DNA of 64,000 nucleotides from an uncultured Acidobacteriota bacterium (GCA_963807925.1 CAWEDP010000002.1:1404950-1468949), one strand, 5' to 3'; counted from the first letter of the stretch, positions 8,579 to 18,509 are shown. Notes: a model not told the origin generated them from the letters alone. Program-made: numbers and translations.

Positions 8579-11500
8579 CGCGGTCATCGAGTTCTCTTCG
8601 AAGAACCGGCTCCTCGTCCTGGTGGCCGCCGGCGTTGCCGTGATCGCCGGCGTCTGGTCGATGCGGACGCTGCCGCTCGACGCGATCCCGGATCTGAGCG
8701 ACACGCAGGTGATCGTGTACTCGCGCTGGGATCGCAGCCCCGACATCGTCGAGGACCAGGTGACCTACCCGATCGTGACGGCGATGCTCGGCGCGCCGCG
8801 GGTGAAGGCGGTCCGCGGGTTCTCCGATTTCGGCTACTCGTACGTGTACATCGTGTTCGACGAAGGCACCGACATCTACTGGGCACGATCGCGGACCCTC
8901 GAATATCTCTCGGGCGTGCTCCCGCGCCTGCCGCAGGGCGTCCGCACCGAGCTGGGGCCCGATGCGACCGGCGTCGGATGGGTCTTTCAGTATGCCCTGG
9001 TCGACACCACGGGCCGACGGGGACTCGACGAGCTGCGCAGCTATCAGGACTGGTACCTCAGCGCGTATTTGAAGGCGGTGCCCGGCGTGGCCGAAGTGGC
9101 GCCGCTCGGGGGCTTCGTGCGCCAATATCAGGTCCAGGTGGATCCGAACCGGCTGCGCGCGCTCAACGTGCCAATCGGCAAGGTCGTCGACGCCGTTCGG
9201 ACGGGCAACAACGATGTCGGCGGCCGGCTCGTCGAGATGGCGGGCGCCGAATACATGATCCGGGGGCGCGGCTATGCCAAGACGACCGACGACATCGGCG
9301 AGATCGTGCTGGGGCGGGGCGCCGGGGGCGTGCCGATCCGCGTGCGGGATGTCGGCACCGTCACGGTCGGCCCCGACCTGCGCCGGGGAATCGCCGATCT
9401 CGACGGCCACGGCGACGTGGTCGCCGGCATTGTCGTCATGCGAGAGGGCGAGAACGCGCTCCAGGTGATCGACCGCGTCAAGAGTCGGCTGCACGACCTC
9501 GAGCCGGCCCTGCCGGCGGGCGTGAAGGTGGTGACGGTCTACGACCGATCGGAGCTGATCCTGCGGTCGATCGAGAACCTGAAGCACACGCTGATCGAGG
9601 AAGTGCTGATCGTGTCGGCGATCATCGTGCTGTTCCTCTGGCACGTGCCGAGCGCAGCGATTCCCATCATCACGATTCCGGTGGCGGTGACCGTCGCGTT
9701 CATCCCGATGCGGATGATGGGGCTCAGCGCCAACATCATGTCGCTCGGCGGCATCGCCATTGCCGTCGGCGCCATGGTCGACGCGGCGATTGTCGTCGTC
9801 GAACAGACGCACAAGAAGCTCGAGATCTGGGAGCGGACGGGGCGCCAGGGCGAGTACCGTCGCGTGGTCGTCGACGCGGTAAAGGAGGTGGGCGGACCGA
9901 GCTTCTACGCCCTGCTCGTGATCGCCGTGTCGTTCCTGCCGGTCCTGACGCTCGAGGCGCAGGAGGGACGCCTGTTCCGACCGCTGGCGTACACCAAGAC
10001 CCTCTCGATGATCGTCGCCGCGCTCCTCGCGATTACGCTCGACCCCGCGTTGCGGCTGACCTTCACGCACATGCGTGCGTTCACGTTCCGTCCCGCGTGG
10101 CTGGCGCGCCTGGTGACCGGCGTGTTCGTCGGAAGGATTCATGCCGAAGAGACGCATCCCGTCAGCCGCGCCCTGATCCGCTGGTACGAACCGATCTGCG
10201 CCTGGACGCTGCGGTGGAAATGGTGCGTGCTGGCCGGCGCCGTGGCCACGGTGCTCGCCACGTGGCCGGCGTTCCACCGTCTCGGATCCGAGTTCATGCC
10301 GCCGCTCGACGAAGGCACGCTCCTCTACATGCCCTCGACGCTGCCGGGCATTTCCGTCTCGGAGGCGCAACGGCTGCTCCAGGTGCAGGACCGGATCATC
10401 AGACAGTTCCCGGAGGTGGAACGCGTGCTCGGCAAGGCCGGGCGTGCCGACACCTCCACCGATCCCGCGCCCTTGTCGATGATGGAAACCGTTATCACCC
10501 TGAAGTCGCGAGACCGGTGGCGACACGTGGACACCTGGTACACCGAGTGGGCGCCCGCCTGGCTGACGCCCGCCCTGCGACACATCACGAGCGACCGGTT
10601 GTCGACCGAGCAGCTGGTCCAGCAGATGAACGAGGCGCTGGCGCTGCCGGGCACCACCAACGCGTGGACGATGCCCATCCAGGGGCGGATCGACATGCTC
10701 ACGACAGGCGTCCGGACGCCGGTGGGCATCAAGATCCAGGGATCCGACATCCACCAAATCGAGCGCATCGGCACCGAGATCGAGTCGGTGCTCCCGCCCG
10801 TCGCCGGCACCCGCAGCGTCTTCGCCGAGCGGACCTCGGGCGGCTACTTCGTCGATCTGCAGTGGAAGCGGGACGAGCTGGCGCGCTACGGCCTGTCGAT
10901 CGACGACGCCCAGACGGTCGTGACCTCGGCGATCGGCGGCGAGACGGTGACCACCACGGTCGAAGGACGGGAGCGGTATCCGGTCAACGTCCGGTACCTC
11001 CGCGACTACCGGAGCGATGTCGACCGGCTGCGCCGCGTCGTCGTCCCGGTCATGGACGGACGGATGCAGGTGCCGGTCGGCGAGCTCGCGACCGTCCGCC
11101 TGACGAGCGGTCCGGCGATGCTGCGGGACGAAAACGGGATGCTGACCGGGTACGTGTACGTCGACATCGCCGGCCGTGACATCGGCCGCTATGTGGCCGA
11201 GGCGAAAGGGACCATCGCCCGGCATGTGTCGCTGCCGCCGGGCTACACGCTCACGTGGAGCGGCCAGTACGAGGCGATGGAGCGCGTCAGGAGCCGCCTC
11301 ACCATCGTCCTGCCGGTCACGCTCTGTCTGGTGCTGCTGCTGCTCTATCTCAACACGCGTTCGATGGCGAGGACGTTGATCGTCCTGCTGGCGGTGCCGT
11401 TCTCGGCGGTCGGCGCGGTCTGGCTGCTGTATGGGCTCGGCTACAACATGAGCATCGGCGTGTGGGTCGGTCTCATTGCGCTGCTCGGCGTGGACGCCGA

Positions 11501-11846
11501 GACCGGCGTCTTCATGCTGCTGTACCTCGACCTCTCGTACGACGAGGCACGACGCAGCGGACGGCTGCGCTCTCTGGAAGACCTGCGGCAGGCGGTGCTC
11601 CACGGCGCCGTCAAACGGATTCGGCCCAAGGTCATGACGGTCGCGACGATGGGGCTGGGGCTGGTGCCCATCATGTGGTCGACCGGCACCGGGGCGGACG
11701 TCATGAAACGCATCGCGGCCCCGATGGTCGGCGGCATCTTCACGTCATTCGTCCTCGAGCTGATCGTCTATCCGGCGATCTACGAAATCTGGAAGTGGCA
11801 TTTCGGCTTGAAGCGGGAGCTGCTGGCCGTGCGAGGTGGCCCATGA
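8571..11846 (+). CDS. cusA: CusA/CzcA heavy-metal (Cu/Ag) RND efflux pump
   Basis: DAIPDLSDTQVI, GPDATGVGW, NIMSLGGIAIAVGAMVDAAIV, FMPPLDEG, GAVKRIRPKVMT, MKRIAAPMVGG. Confidence 0.95.
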   Translation: MIDAVIEFSSKNRLLVLVAAGVAVIAGVWSMRTLPLDAIPDLSDTQVIVYSRWDRSPDIVEDQVTYPIVTAMLGAPRVKAVRGFSDFGYSYVYIVFDEGTDIYWARSRTLEYLSGVLPRLPQGVRTELGPDATGVGWVFQYALVDTTGRRGLDELRSYQDWYLSAYLKAVPGVAEVAPLGGFVRQYQVQVDPNRLRALNVPIGKVVDAVRTGNNDVGGRLVEMAGAEYMIRGRGYAKTTDDIGEIVLGRGAGGVPIRVRDVGTVTVGPDLRRGIADLDGHGDVVAGIVVMREGENALQVIDRVKSRLHDLEPALPAGVKVVTVYDRSELILRSIENLKHTLIEEVLIVSAIIVLFLWHVPSAAIPIITIPVAVTVAFIPMRMMGLSANIMSLGGIAIAVGAMVDAAIVVVEQTHKKLEIWERTGRQGEYRRVVVDAVKEVGGPSFYALLVIAVSFLPVLTLEAQEGRLFRPLAYTKTLSMIVAALLAITLDPALRLTFTHMRAFTFRPAWLARLVTGVFVGRIHAEETHPVSRALIRWYEPICAWTLRWKWCVLAGAVATVLATWPAFHRLGSEFMPPLDEGTLLYMPSTLPGISVSEAQRLLQVQDRIIRQFPEVERVLGKAGRADTSTDPAPLSMMETVITLKSRDRWRHVDTWYTEWAPAWLTPALRHITSDRLSTEQLVQQMNEALALPGTTNAWTMPIQGRIDMLTTGVRTPVGIKIQGSDIHQIERIGTEIESVLPPVAGTRSVFAERTSGGYFVDLQWKRDELARYGLSIDDAQTVVTSAIGGETVTTTVEGRERYPVNVRYLRDYRSDVDRLRRVVVPVMDGRMQVPVGELATVRLTSGPAMLRDENGMLTGYVYVDIAGRDIGRYVAEAKGTIARHVSLPPGYTLTWSGQYEAMERVRSRLTIVLPVTLCLVLLLLYLNTRSMARTLIVLLAVPFSAVGAVWLLYGLGYNMSIGVWVGLIALLGVDAETGVFMLLYLDLSYDEARRSGRLRSLEDLRQAVLHGAVKRIRPKVMTVATMGLGLVPIMWSTGTGADVMKRIAAPMVGGIFTSFVLELIVYPAIYEIWKWHFGLKRELLAVRGGP

Positions 11847-11872
11847 GCAGATTGGCGGAGCGGTCCGCCGAC

Positions 11873-12241
11873 TCAATGGTCGGTCGGTTCCGAAACAGGC
11901 GGCCCGGCAGGAGCTCGTGGAGGAGCGTCGGCCCGACGGTACAACGTGTAGCTGAAGCGGCCGTGCAGCCACGCCTCGCCGGTCGCCGGGTCGTGCCGGG
12001 TGTCGATCGCTTCCTCGGTCACGTGGGCGCAGTGGCCGCCCAGCCGGGCGATTTCCTGCCGCAGCCGCGAAGCTGCCTCCCTCATCAGGTCGTCGTAGCA
12101 GCGATCCCACAGCTCGTCGCGGCGGGCGATGGTTCCCGGCACGCGCGCGGAGGCGGCTTCGACGGTGTGATCGCCCAGCGGCACGGCGTCGAGCGGCGGC
12201 AGCTCGCGGTGCCAGAAGACGATGGGGCCGGCGCCGCTCAT
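11873..12241 (-). CDS. Hypothetical protein (122 aa) directly downstream of the Clp ATPase
   Basis: ATG 1 nt after the Clp stop; globular-looking sequence (VFWHRELPPL…GGHCAHV…WLHGRFSYTLY). Confidence 0.7.
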   Translation of the reverse strand: MSGAGPIVFWHRELPPLDAVPLGDHTVEAASARVPGTIARRDELWDRCYDDLMREAASRLRQEIARLGGHCAHVTEEAIDTRHDPATGEAWLHGRFSYTLYRRADAPPRAPAGPPVSEPTDH

Positions 12242-12242
12242 T

Positions 12243-14528
12243 TCATGCCGCCGACCGCGAGCTGTCCCGCACGACGGACAGCGGCGGGCCTGCCTCGACG
12301 ACGACACGGTTGTCTCGAACCGAGACGTGAAACGTCCGGGCGCCTCGCCACGCCGTGCTGATCGGCGCGGCGACTTGCTGCTCGATCACCCGTTTCAGGT
12401 GGCGCGCGCCGAACGCGACGCTGTAGCCATCCGAGGCGAGCCGACTCATGGCGTCCTGGTCGACGGTGAGCGACTTCCCCGCCCGCGCCAGACTGGCCGC
12501 GAGCCGTTGTACTTCGTGCCGGGCAATCTCGGCGACGTTCTCCTCTGTCAGCGGATCGAACAGGACGACTTCGTCGATCCGATTGCGGAACTCGGGCGAG
12601 AACCGGCGCTCGAGCTCCCGCATGACCTCGCCGCGCACGTGACCGAGGCCGACCGGGTGCGACAGGAACCCGAGCGGACTGGTCAGCTCGCGGAAGTGCT
12701 CCGCACCGAGATTGGACGTCATGACGATGATGGCGTCGCTCAAATAGGCGCGCCGTCCCCGTCCGTCAGTCAGCCAGCCTTCGTCGAACGCCTGGAGGAA
12801 CAGATTCCACACCGACGGGCTCGCCTTTTCCACCTCGTCGAGCAGCACGACCGTGCACGGATTGCTGCGCAGTTGGTTGGTGAGGATACCGCCCCAATCG
12901 CTGCCGACGATGCCGCGCGGCATGCCGATCAGCTTGTCCACGGCGACCGTGCCGTCCTGATATTCGGAGAGGTCGACGCGCACCATCTTCTTCTCGTCGC
13001 CGAACACCGTCGCAGCGATCGCCTTCGCGAGCTCGGTCTTGCCCACCCCGGTCGGGCCGAGGAACAGGAGCACGGCGTCCGGCCAATCGAACCCGTCCTT
13101 GAGCGGTCCCTTGTTCAGCCTCAGGCGGCGGGCCACCGCGCGGACCGCCTCCTGCTGTCCCACGACCCGCCTCTCGAGCCGCTCTTCGAGGTGCTCGAAC
13201 CGGTCCGAGACGTCGCGGCACACCATGTCCAGCGGAATTCTGGCGGCTCGCGCAACGACCTTCGTCACGTCGGCGCCGGTGACCTCGCGGCGTCCGTCCA
13301 TCTCGGCCCGCACGGCCGCCGTGTCGAGCCAGCCGAGCGGCTTGTCGGGCAGGCGGAGGTTTCGGAGGTACCGGTCCGAGGAATCCAGCGCCGCATCGAT
13401 GGCCTCGGGACGAAAGTGCACGCCGTAGGTGCGCTCGAGCCGCGGCTGCACGCCGGCGAGAATCCGGCGCGTCTCGGTCGTGGACGGCTCCTCCACGGTG
13501 ACCGTCCGGAAGCGCCTGGCGAGCGCTTCGTCCTCCTCAATCGAGGCCTTGTATTCGTTGACGGTCGTCGCCGCAATCATCCGAATCTCGCCTCGGGCGA
13601 GGCTCTGCTTGAAGACGTCGGCCGCGTCTGCGCTCGCGCCCATCGCGGTTCCCGCGCCCACCATCGTATGCGCTTCGTCGACGAACAGAATCAGGTTCGG
13701 ATGATCCTTCACCTCGTCGATGACGCGCTGCAGACGCTCCTCGAACATCCCCCGCAGCATCGTGCCGGCGACCATCGCATTCATCTGCAGGTTGACGATC
13801 TGGCAGTCGCGCAGCCTCGCCGGGACCCGTTCTGGCTCCCTCTCGATCCGGCACGCGAGCCCTTCGACGATCGCGGTCTTGCCGACGCCCGGCTCGCCCA
13901 GCAGCATCACCGAGTTGGCGCATTCGCGATGGCAGAGCACTTCGACGATCTGATCGATCTCGTCGTCTCGTCCGAAAACGGGCCGGATTCGATCCTGGCG
14001 CGCGAGCAGGTTCATGTTGGTGGCGAACTGGCGCAGATAGGTCGGCAGCTCGTACCGCGCATCGCCGGCGGCTGAGGCGCCCGCCGCACCCGGCGACACC
14101 TCCCACGGCACGGCCGGTGCGGGGTCGGTGTCGACGAGGAGCGACGAGAGGCCGTTGGGCTGGTCCAGGAGCGCGGCCAGCAGGTCGGCTGCGCCGACCA
14201 GATTCCGACCCGCCTCGGTGGCGCGCGTCAGCGCGAGACGCAGCGCGCGATTCGTGATCGGCGAGACGCACGGCTGGACGCCGTGCATCGCCGGCATCAC
14301 GTTGAGGCTGCGCTCCACGCCGCTGAGCATCACGAGCGGGTTCACTCCACGGCCGCGCATGGTCTCCACGAACAGGCCCCAGTCGGTGTGCGCCGCCGCA
14401 TACGCGATGTGCTGGCAGGTGAGAATCGTGTGGTCCCGCCGCTCGGCGTCAACGAGCGCGGCGGCCACAATCTGATGGGTGCCCGCGTCGAGGCTCGACC
14501 CGGGCACCTCGAAATCGTTCACAGTCAC
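12243..14528 (-). CDS. ClpA/ClpC-like double AAA+ Clp ATPase
   Basis: Clp_N region; GEPGVGKT / ILFVDEAH; GPTGVGKT / VLLDEVEK; LGF loop; FSPEFRNRID; GARHLKR; no middle coiled coil. Confidence 0.92.
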   Translation of the reverse strand: MTVNDFEVPGSSLDAGTHQIVAAALVDAERRDHTILTCQHIAYAAAHTDWGLFVETMRGRGVNPLVMLSGVERSLNVMPAMHGVQPCVSPITNRALRLALTRATEAGRNLVGAADLLAALLDQPNGLSSLLVDTDPAPAVPWEVSPGAAGASAAGDARYELPTYLRQFATNMNLLARQDRIRPVFGRDDEIDQIVEVLCHRECANSVMLLGEPGVGKTAIVEGLACRIEREPERVPARLRDCQIVNLQMNAMVAGTMLRGMFEERLQRVIDEVKDHPNLILFVDEAHTMVGAGTAMGASADAADVFKQSLARGEIRMIAATTVNEYKASIEEDEALARRFRTVTVEEPSTTETRRILAGVQPRLERTYGVHFRPEAIDAALDSSDRYLRNLRLPDKPLGWLDTAAVRAEMDGRREVTGADVTKVVARAARIPLDMVCRDVSDRFEHLEERLERRVVGQQEAVRAVARRLRLNKGPLKDGFDWPDAVLLFLGPTGVGKTELAKAIAATVFGDEKKMVRVDLSEYQDGTVAVDKLIGMPRGIVGSDWGGILTNQLRSNPCTVVLLDEVEKASPSVWNLFLQAFDEGWLTDGRGRRAYLSDAIIVMTSNLGAEHFRELTSPLGFLSHPVGLGHVRGEVMRELERRFSPEFRNRIDEVVLFDPLTEENVAEIARHEVQRLAASLARAGKSLTVDQDAMSRLASDGYSVAFGARHLKRVIEQQVAAPISTAWRGARTFHVSVRDNRVVVEAGPPLSVVRDSSRSAA

Positions 14529-14544
14529 GCCTCCGGTCCTTTCT

Positions 14545-15459
14545 TCACCGCTTGATCGTCAACACCGGGCACGACGCGTGACGGACCACCTGGTTCGTCG
14601 TCGAGCCGAGCACCATGAGGTCGACGGCCGACCGGCCGTGCACGCCCATCACGATGACGTCCGGCCGTTCTTCCTCCGCGATCCGCAGAATCTCCGCATG
14701 GGCTTTGCCGTTGCCAACCCGCACGACCGCCGCGCACGCACCCTGGTGTCGGACGGCCAGCGCCTCGAGCCTCCGGCGCGCGTTCGCTGTCGCGTACTGC
14801 CGGAACTCGACGAGCGCGTGGGCCTGCGCCGGTGGAAGCTCGTCGAACGACGGCGGCGGCGGCTCCTGCCACGGCCATTCCAGCACGTGCACGAACGTCA
14901 CGGAGGCGTTCGCTCCGGCGGCCAGCGCGCATGCGAGCGCCACCCCGTCCACCGACGCCTCGCTGAAGTCGACGGCGCAGAGCAGGTGGCGGAACGGAAG
15001 GGTCGAGGTCGCCTGCGCCCGCGGCGGCACCGTCAGAACCGGACAGGGCGCCTTGCGCAACACCTTCTCGGCGACCGACCCGAGCACCAGACGCTCGAAC
15101 CCGCCCGCGCCGTGCGTACCCATCGCAATCAGGCCGGCTGGCCGGACCGCCGCCCGGTCGAGAATGGCGCGCGCCGGCCGCCCCACGTCCACTAGGACCT
15201 CGACGGGGACGCCCCGAGCGGCGGCGGCGGCGAAGCACACCGACAGACGCTCGCGCGCGCGCTCGACCTCGCCCGGAGAGAGGCGATCCTCCGGCGACGG
15301 CAATCCTGGTATAGGCGTGAACAGGCTCTCGCAGACGTGCAGCGCCGTGACTGACGCCCCCAGCCACGCGGCCAGGTAGATCGCCTGCTCAATGGCGTGC
15401 TCGGAGGACTCGGAGAAGTCAACCGGACAGAGGATGGTTCGGATATCGGCCGCAGTCAT
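14545..15459 (-). CDS. Universal stress protein, tandem USP domains
   Basis: ILCPVDFS…MGTHGAGGFERLVLGSVAEKV; LLCAVDFS…MGVHGRS…GSTTNQVVR. Confidence 0.93.
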   Translation of the reverse strand: MTAADIRTILCPVDFSESSEHAIEQAIYLAAWLGASVTALHVCESLFTPIPGLPSPEDRLSPGEVERARERLSVCFAAAAARGVPVEVLVDVGRPARAILDRAAVRPAGLIAMGTHGAGGFERLVLGSVAEKVLRKAPCPVLTVPPRAQATSTLPFRHLLCAVDFSEASVDGVALACALAAGANASVTFVHVLEWPWQEPPPPSFDELPPAQAHALVEFRQYATANARRRLEALAVRHQGACAAVVRVGNGKAHAEILRIAEEERPDVIVMGVHGRSAVDLMVLGSTTNQVVRHASCPVLTIKR

Positions 15460-15498
15460 GACGGAGGCTCGTGGTCGCTGCCTTTCACGATCCGTGCG

Positions 15499-15578
15499 GG
15501 CAAAGGGCGTGCCGGCGATCTCCGCCGCACAGATGCTCGAATCGCTGCCGGGATCGTCGCTGGTGACGGAAATCTGGC
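15499..15578 (-). promoter_or_regulatory. Palindromic enhancer plus sigma-54 promoter for the USP-Clp operon
   Basis: CGGCACGCCCTTTGCC (15499-15514); GACGGAAATCTGGC (15565-15578) lies 51 nt upstream of GG. Confidence 0.7.
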
Positions 15579-15698
15579 GGCTCGCTGGGCCCGCACGCTT
15601 CCAGGCGGCGGACCGCGTCCGCCGGAAGCAGGTCGCTCTCGATCGAGGCGAGCTCCGCCACCGCTCGCCTCTCAACGCCATCGGGACGCCCGGCCCCT

Positions 15699-15769
15699 GC
15701 CGTGATCCCGGCGCTCGCGGCGCCCGCGCAGCCCTTTCAGGGCGATGAACGAGAGGCACGGCTCTCGCT
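15699..15769 (+). promoter_or_regulatory. Palindromic enhancer plus candidate sigma-54 promoter for the beta-barrel gene
   Basis: GCCGTGATCCCGGC (15699-15712), then 42 nt, then GG of AGGCACGGCTCTCGCT. Confidence 0.45.
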
Positions 15770-15813
15770 TGCACCTCTGGCTGGAACACGCACGGGACAG
15801 CGATGGAGGCTTT

Positions 15814-16422
15814 ATGCGCAACGCGGCATGCGGAGCGGCGATGACGTTGCTTCTGGCGCTCCCGCACATCGGTGCGGCCCAGACGCCGCCCGCCGGGAAC
15901 CAGTGGAACCACGCGACAGAGCTCGGCGTCCTCGGCGGCTTCACGACCGCGTCGGTCGGCGACGGCGGAACGCTGGCCGGCACGGCAGCCTGGCAGGTGA
16001 ATCCCTGGATCGCCATCGAGGGACGCGGCACCTGGATCGATCGCGGTGTCGGCGCGAACGCCTTCGCCGCGGATCTCAGCGGCCTCCTCAATCTCGGACG
16101 GAAGTCGTCAGTGACGCCGTTTGTCGGCGCAGGCTACGGCCTCTACCGCGCGTCGTTCGACTCGACGGGACAGGCCATGCCCGGGTTCTATCGCCGTCGC
16201 CTGCTGGACGGCTCGACCTTCGCCGTCAACGCAGTGGCGTTCACCGATCCGGCCACACGCCTGACGGCGGGCGTGGACATCCTGACGCGACGTCATCTGA
16301 CGATACGGCCGGAGGCCTCGGTGCTGCTGGTCCGGTCGGGCGGCGAAACCAACACGATGGTCACCGTCGGCGTGCGGCTGGGCTATCGCTTCGAAGACCA
16401 CCCGATCACGCCGTCACGGTAG
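15814..16422 (+). CDS. Outer-membrane beta-barrel protein (OmpA/OmpW-like)
   Basis: Signal peptide, alternating beta strands, PFVGAGYG, VGVRLGYRF; GGAGG RBS. Confidence 0.8.
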   Translation: MRNAACGAAMTLLLALPHIGAAQTPPAGNQWNHATELGVLGGFTTASVGDGGTLAGTAAWQVNPWIAIEGRGTWIDRGVGANAFAADLSGLLNLGRKSSVTPFVGAGYGLYRASFDSTGQAMPGFYRRRLLDGSTFAVNAVAFTDPATRLTAGVDILTRRHLTIRPEASVLLVRSGGETNTMVTVGVRLGYRFEDHPITPSR

Positions 16423-16446
16423 GGGGCCACCCGGCCGGCTCGGGCT

Positions 16447-16479
16447 CTCGCGCTCCTCAGCCCGGCTCGGGAGCGCGAG
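16447..16479. terminator. GC-rich hairpin between convergent genes, possible bidirectional terminator
   Basis: CTCGCGCTCC…GGAGCGCGAG perfect 10-bp stem; no U-tract. Confidence 0.4.
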
Positions 16480-16481
16480 TG

Positions 16482-17372
16482 TCACCCTCTCAGCGTCAGC
16501 ACGGGACATGTGGCATGGCGCACGACCTGATTGGTCGTGGATCCGAACAGCATCATGTCGAGCGCGTTGCGGCCGCGGACGCCCATCACGATGAGATCGG
16601 TCGCGTCGCGATCGGCGAGGTCCAGGATCTCGCGATAGGGTTTCCCGTACGCGAGCTTCGTCTCGGGCTCGCACCACGTGCGCACCTGCTCGGACACGAG
16701 GCGATCCATCCGCTGGCGCGTGGTCTTCTCGATCTGGCTCCGCAGGTCCGGGGTGTCGACCTGTTCGACCAGCCATTCCTCGTCGGGCGGCCACTCGAAC
16801 ACGTACAGGATCATCAGGTTTGCGTCGGACTCGAGCGCCAGCGACGTGGCGAAGCGAAGGGCCAGCAGCGAGGATGGCGAGAAGTCGACCGGGCAGAGGA
16901 GCCGTTTGTACGGCAGCGTGGTCTCGCGGGCCTTCGGAGGCACTGTCAGCACCGGACACTCGGCCTTGCGCAGCACCTTCTCCGCTACCGATCCCATGAG
17001 CATTCGCTCCACGCCGCTTCGTCCGTGCGTCCCGAGGACGACCAGATCGGCGGGCAGCCCGGCAGCGTACTGGAGGATTCTGCGATGCGGCAGGCCGTCG
17101 GTGACCTGGACGTCGATCGGCACGCCCTGCGTGGGCGTATGGGACACCCACTCGGCGAGCCACTCGCGCGCCTGCGCCCGATCGGTGTCGGACGGCGCCA
17201 TCGCGAAGTCCGCAAAGAGCACGGGCGGGCTCGCGAAGTACAGCGACTGCATGACGTGGAGCGCCGTCACCTTCGAGTGATACCACCCGGCAATCGCCGC
17301 CGCGTGCTCCAGCGCGTGCCGCGACGTGTCGGAAAAGTCGACGGCGCACAGAACGTTTCGGATCTCGACCAT
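16482..17372 (-). CDS. Universal stress protein, tandem USP domains
   Basis: VLCAVDFS…LGTHGRSG…GSVAEKV; LLCPVDFS…MGVRGR…GSTTNQVVR; paralog of 14545..15459. Confidence 0.94.
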   Translation of the reverse strand: MVEIRNVLCAVDFSDTSRHALEHAAAIAGWYHSKVTALHVMQSLYFASPPVLFADFAMAPSDTDRAQAREWLAEWVSHTPTQGVPIDVQVTDGLPHRRILQYAAGLPADLVVLGTHGRSGVERMLMGSVAEKVLRKAECPVLTVPPKARETTLPYKRLLCPVDFSPSSLLALRFATSLALESDANLMILYVFEWPPDEEWLVEQVDTPDLRSQIEKTTRQRMDRLVSEQVRTWCEPETKLAYGKPYREILDLADRDATDLIVMGVRGRNALDMMLFGSTTNQVVRHATCPVLTLRG

Positions 17373-17429
17373 AGAGCCTCCCTGAAGAATCAGGGCGGTT
17401 TCGAATGATCCCGCCGAACCCGGCCGCGC

Positions 17430-17663
17430 TCACTCCTCCCGATGGAGCCCGTGAACGAAATGCGCGCGCGATTCGACCTCGGCGAGCTTCGACGCCGCGT
17501 ATACCGAAGCCTCCTTCAGCAGCCGTCTCGCCTCGTCGGCGGGGAGGCCGGCCAGACTGGCCGGCGTCTGCCCGCGCGAGTGCAGGTACTCATCGATGAG
17601 GGCTGTCTCCAGCCGCCCTTCGGGATCCTGCAGCGGACTGCCTTCCAATGGCTTGGCCGTCAT
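17430..17663 (-). CDS. Hypothetical helical protein (77 aa)
   Basis: GGAGAGG RBS; co-oriented in the operon; LETALIDEYL…YAASKLAEVESRA. Confidence 0.75.
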   Translation of the reverse strand: MTAKPLEGSPLQDPEGRLETALIDEYLHSRGQTPASLAGLPADEARRLLKEASVYAASKLAEVESRAHFVHGLHREE

Positions 17664-17679
17664 GGTCCCTCTCCGCCGG

Positions 17680-17883
17680 TCAGCACTCCGGATCGAGGTC
17701 GCCTGCCGACACGAGATCGAATCGGTCGCGGGACGCGGTCGTCGGCCGCGCCGCGAGCCTGCCGCCCGGATGCGCGGCCCTCGCGGCTGTCGCCTGCGGC
17801 CTCCGACCGACGATCGCCGCGCGGCGGCGAGGCGCCTTCCTGGTGGTCTTCTGCCTGGTCGTCTTCTGCCTGGTCGTCGCCAT
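17680..17883 (-). CDS. Small basic protein with TTRQK repeats
   Basis: GGAGGAG RBS; fills the gap between co-oriented genes; MATTRQKTTRQKTTRKAPRRR. Confidence 0.5.
   Translation of the reverse strand: MATTRQKTTRQKTTRKAPRRRAAIVGRRPQATAARAAHPGGRLAARPTTASRDRFDLVSAGDLDPEC
17839..17878. repeat. 15-bp tandem repeat (~2.7 copies), CCTGGT(G/C)GTCTTCTG
   Basis: Seen directly; encodes TTRQK units on the minus strand. Confidence 0.8.
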
Positions 17884-17902
17884 CATCTCCTCCAACCGCT
17901 CC

Positions 17903-18460
17903 TCACGCGAGCACCGACGGCGGCAGCGGACGCCACGCGCGGATGTTCACGGCGAGCGCCATCAGCAGGACGCCCGAACTGATCGCATAGCCGCCGACGA
18001 TCCAGACAAGCGATGCGGCCCGGGGATCCGGCTGCGCCACGAGCAGCGCGCCGAACCCGAGCGTCAGCAGGCCGCTGGCGGCCAGGATCCATTCGCCGAA
18101 CAGCTTCGCGCCGCCGATGACGTGCGACAGCTCGACGCAGCCCACCAGCTCCATGATACCGGTCAGGAACGCCCAGCCGGCGATCAGACTGACGAACCAC
18201 AACTCAGCCGCGGCCGGATAGACCACCGTGAAGAGGCCGACCACGAACCCGAACACGCCCTCGAGGAACAGCGACAGCCAGTTCAGCGTCAATCCCACGC
18301 CGATGGCGAATCCCGCTTCAGCCAGGGCGAAGACGCCGAAGAGCGACACGAGCGCGGTCAACGTGGCCTTGGGCGCGAGAAGCGCCGCCACCCCGAAGGC
18401 GACAGCGACACTGCCGCGAATCGCCACGATCCACCAGCGACGAATCAATGCGTCAAACAT
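17903..18460 (-). CDS. HdeD/DUF308 family membrane protein
   Basis: RRWWIVAIRGSVAVAFG; multiple TM helices; IAGWAFLTGIMEL. Confidence 0.88.
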   Translation of the reverse strand: MFDALIRRWWIVAIRGSVAVAFGVAALLAPKATLTALVSLFGVFALAEAGFAIGVGLTLNWLSLFLEGVFGFVVGLFTVVYPAAAELWFVSLIAGWAFLTGIMELVGCVELSHVIGGAKLFGEWILAASGLLTLGFGALLVAQPDPRAASLVWIVGGYAISSGVLLMALAVNIRAWRPLPPSVLA

Positions 18461-18509
18461 GGAATCCCTCCTTCAGTCACGTCCAATTGGCGTTCGCGAA
18501 CCGATCCGG

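Noticed and set aside
2875-18460. Transmissible locus of stress tolerance (sHsp20, ClpG/ClpK, HdeD)
   Set aside because: The Clp lacks the ClpG N-terminal Zn domain and M-domain, gene order differs, and there are no yfdX/kefB/trx genes or flanking transposases
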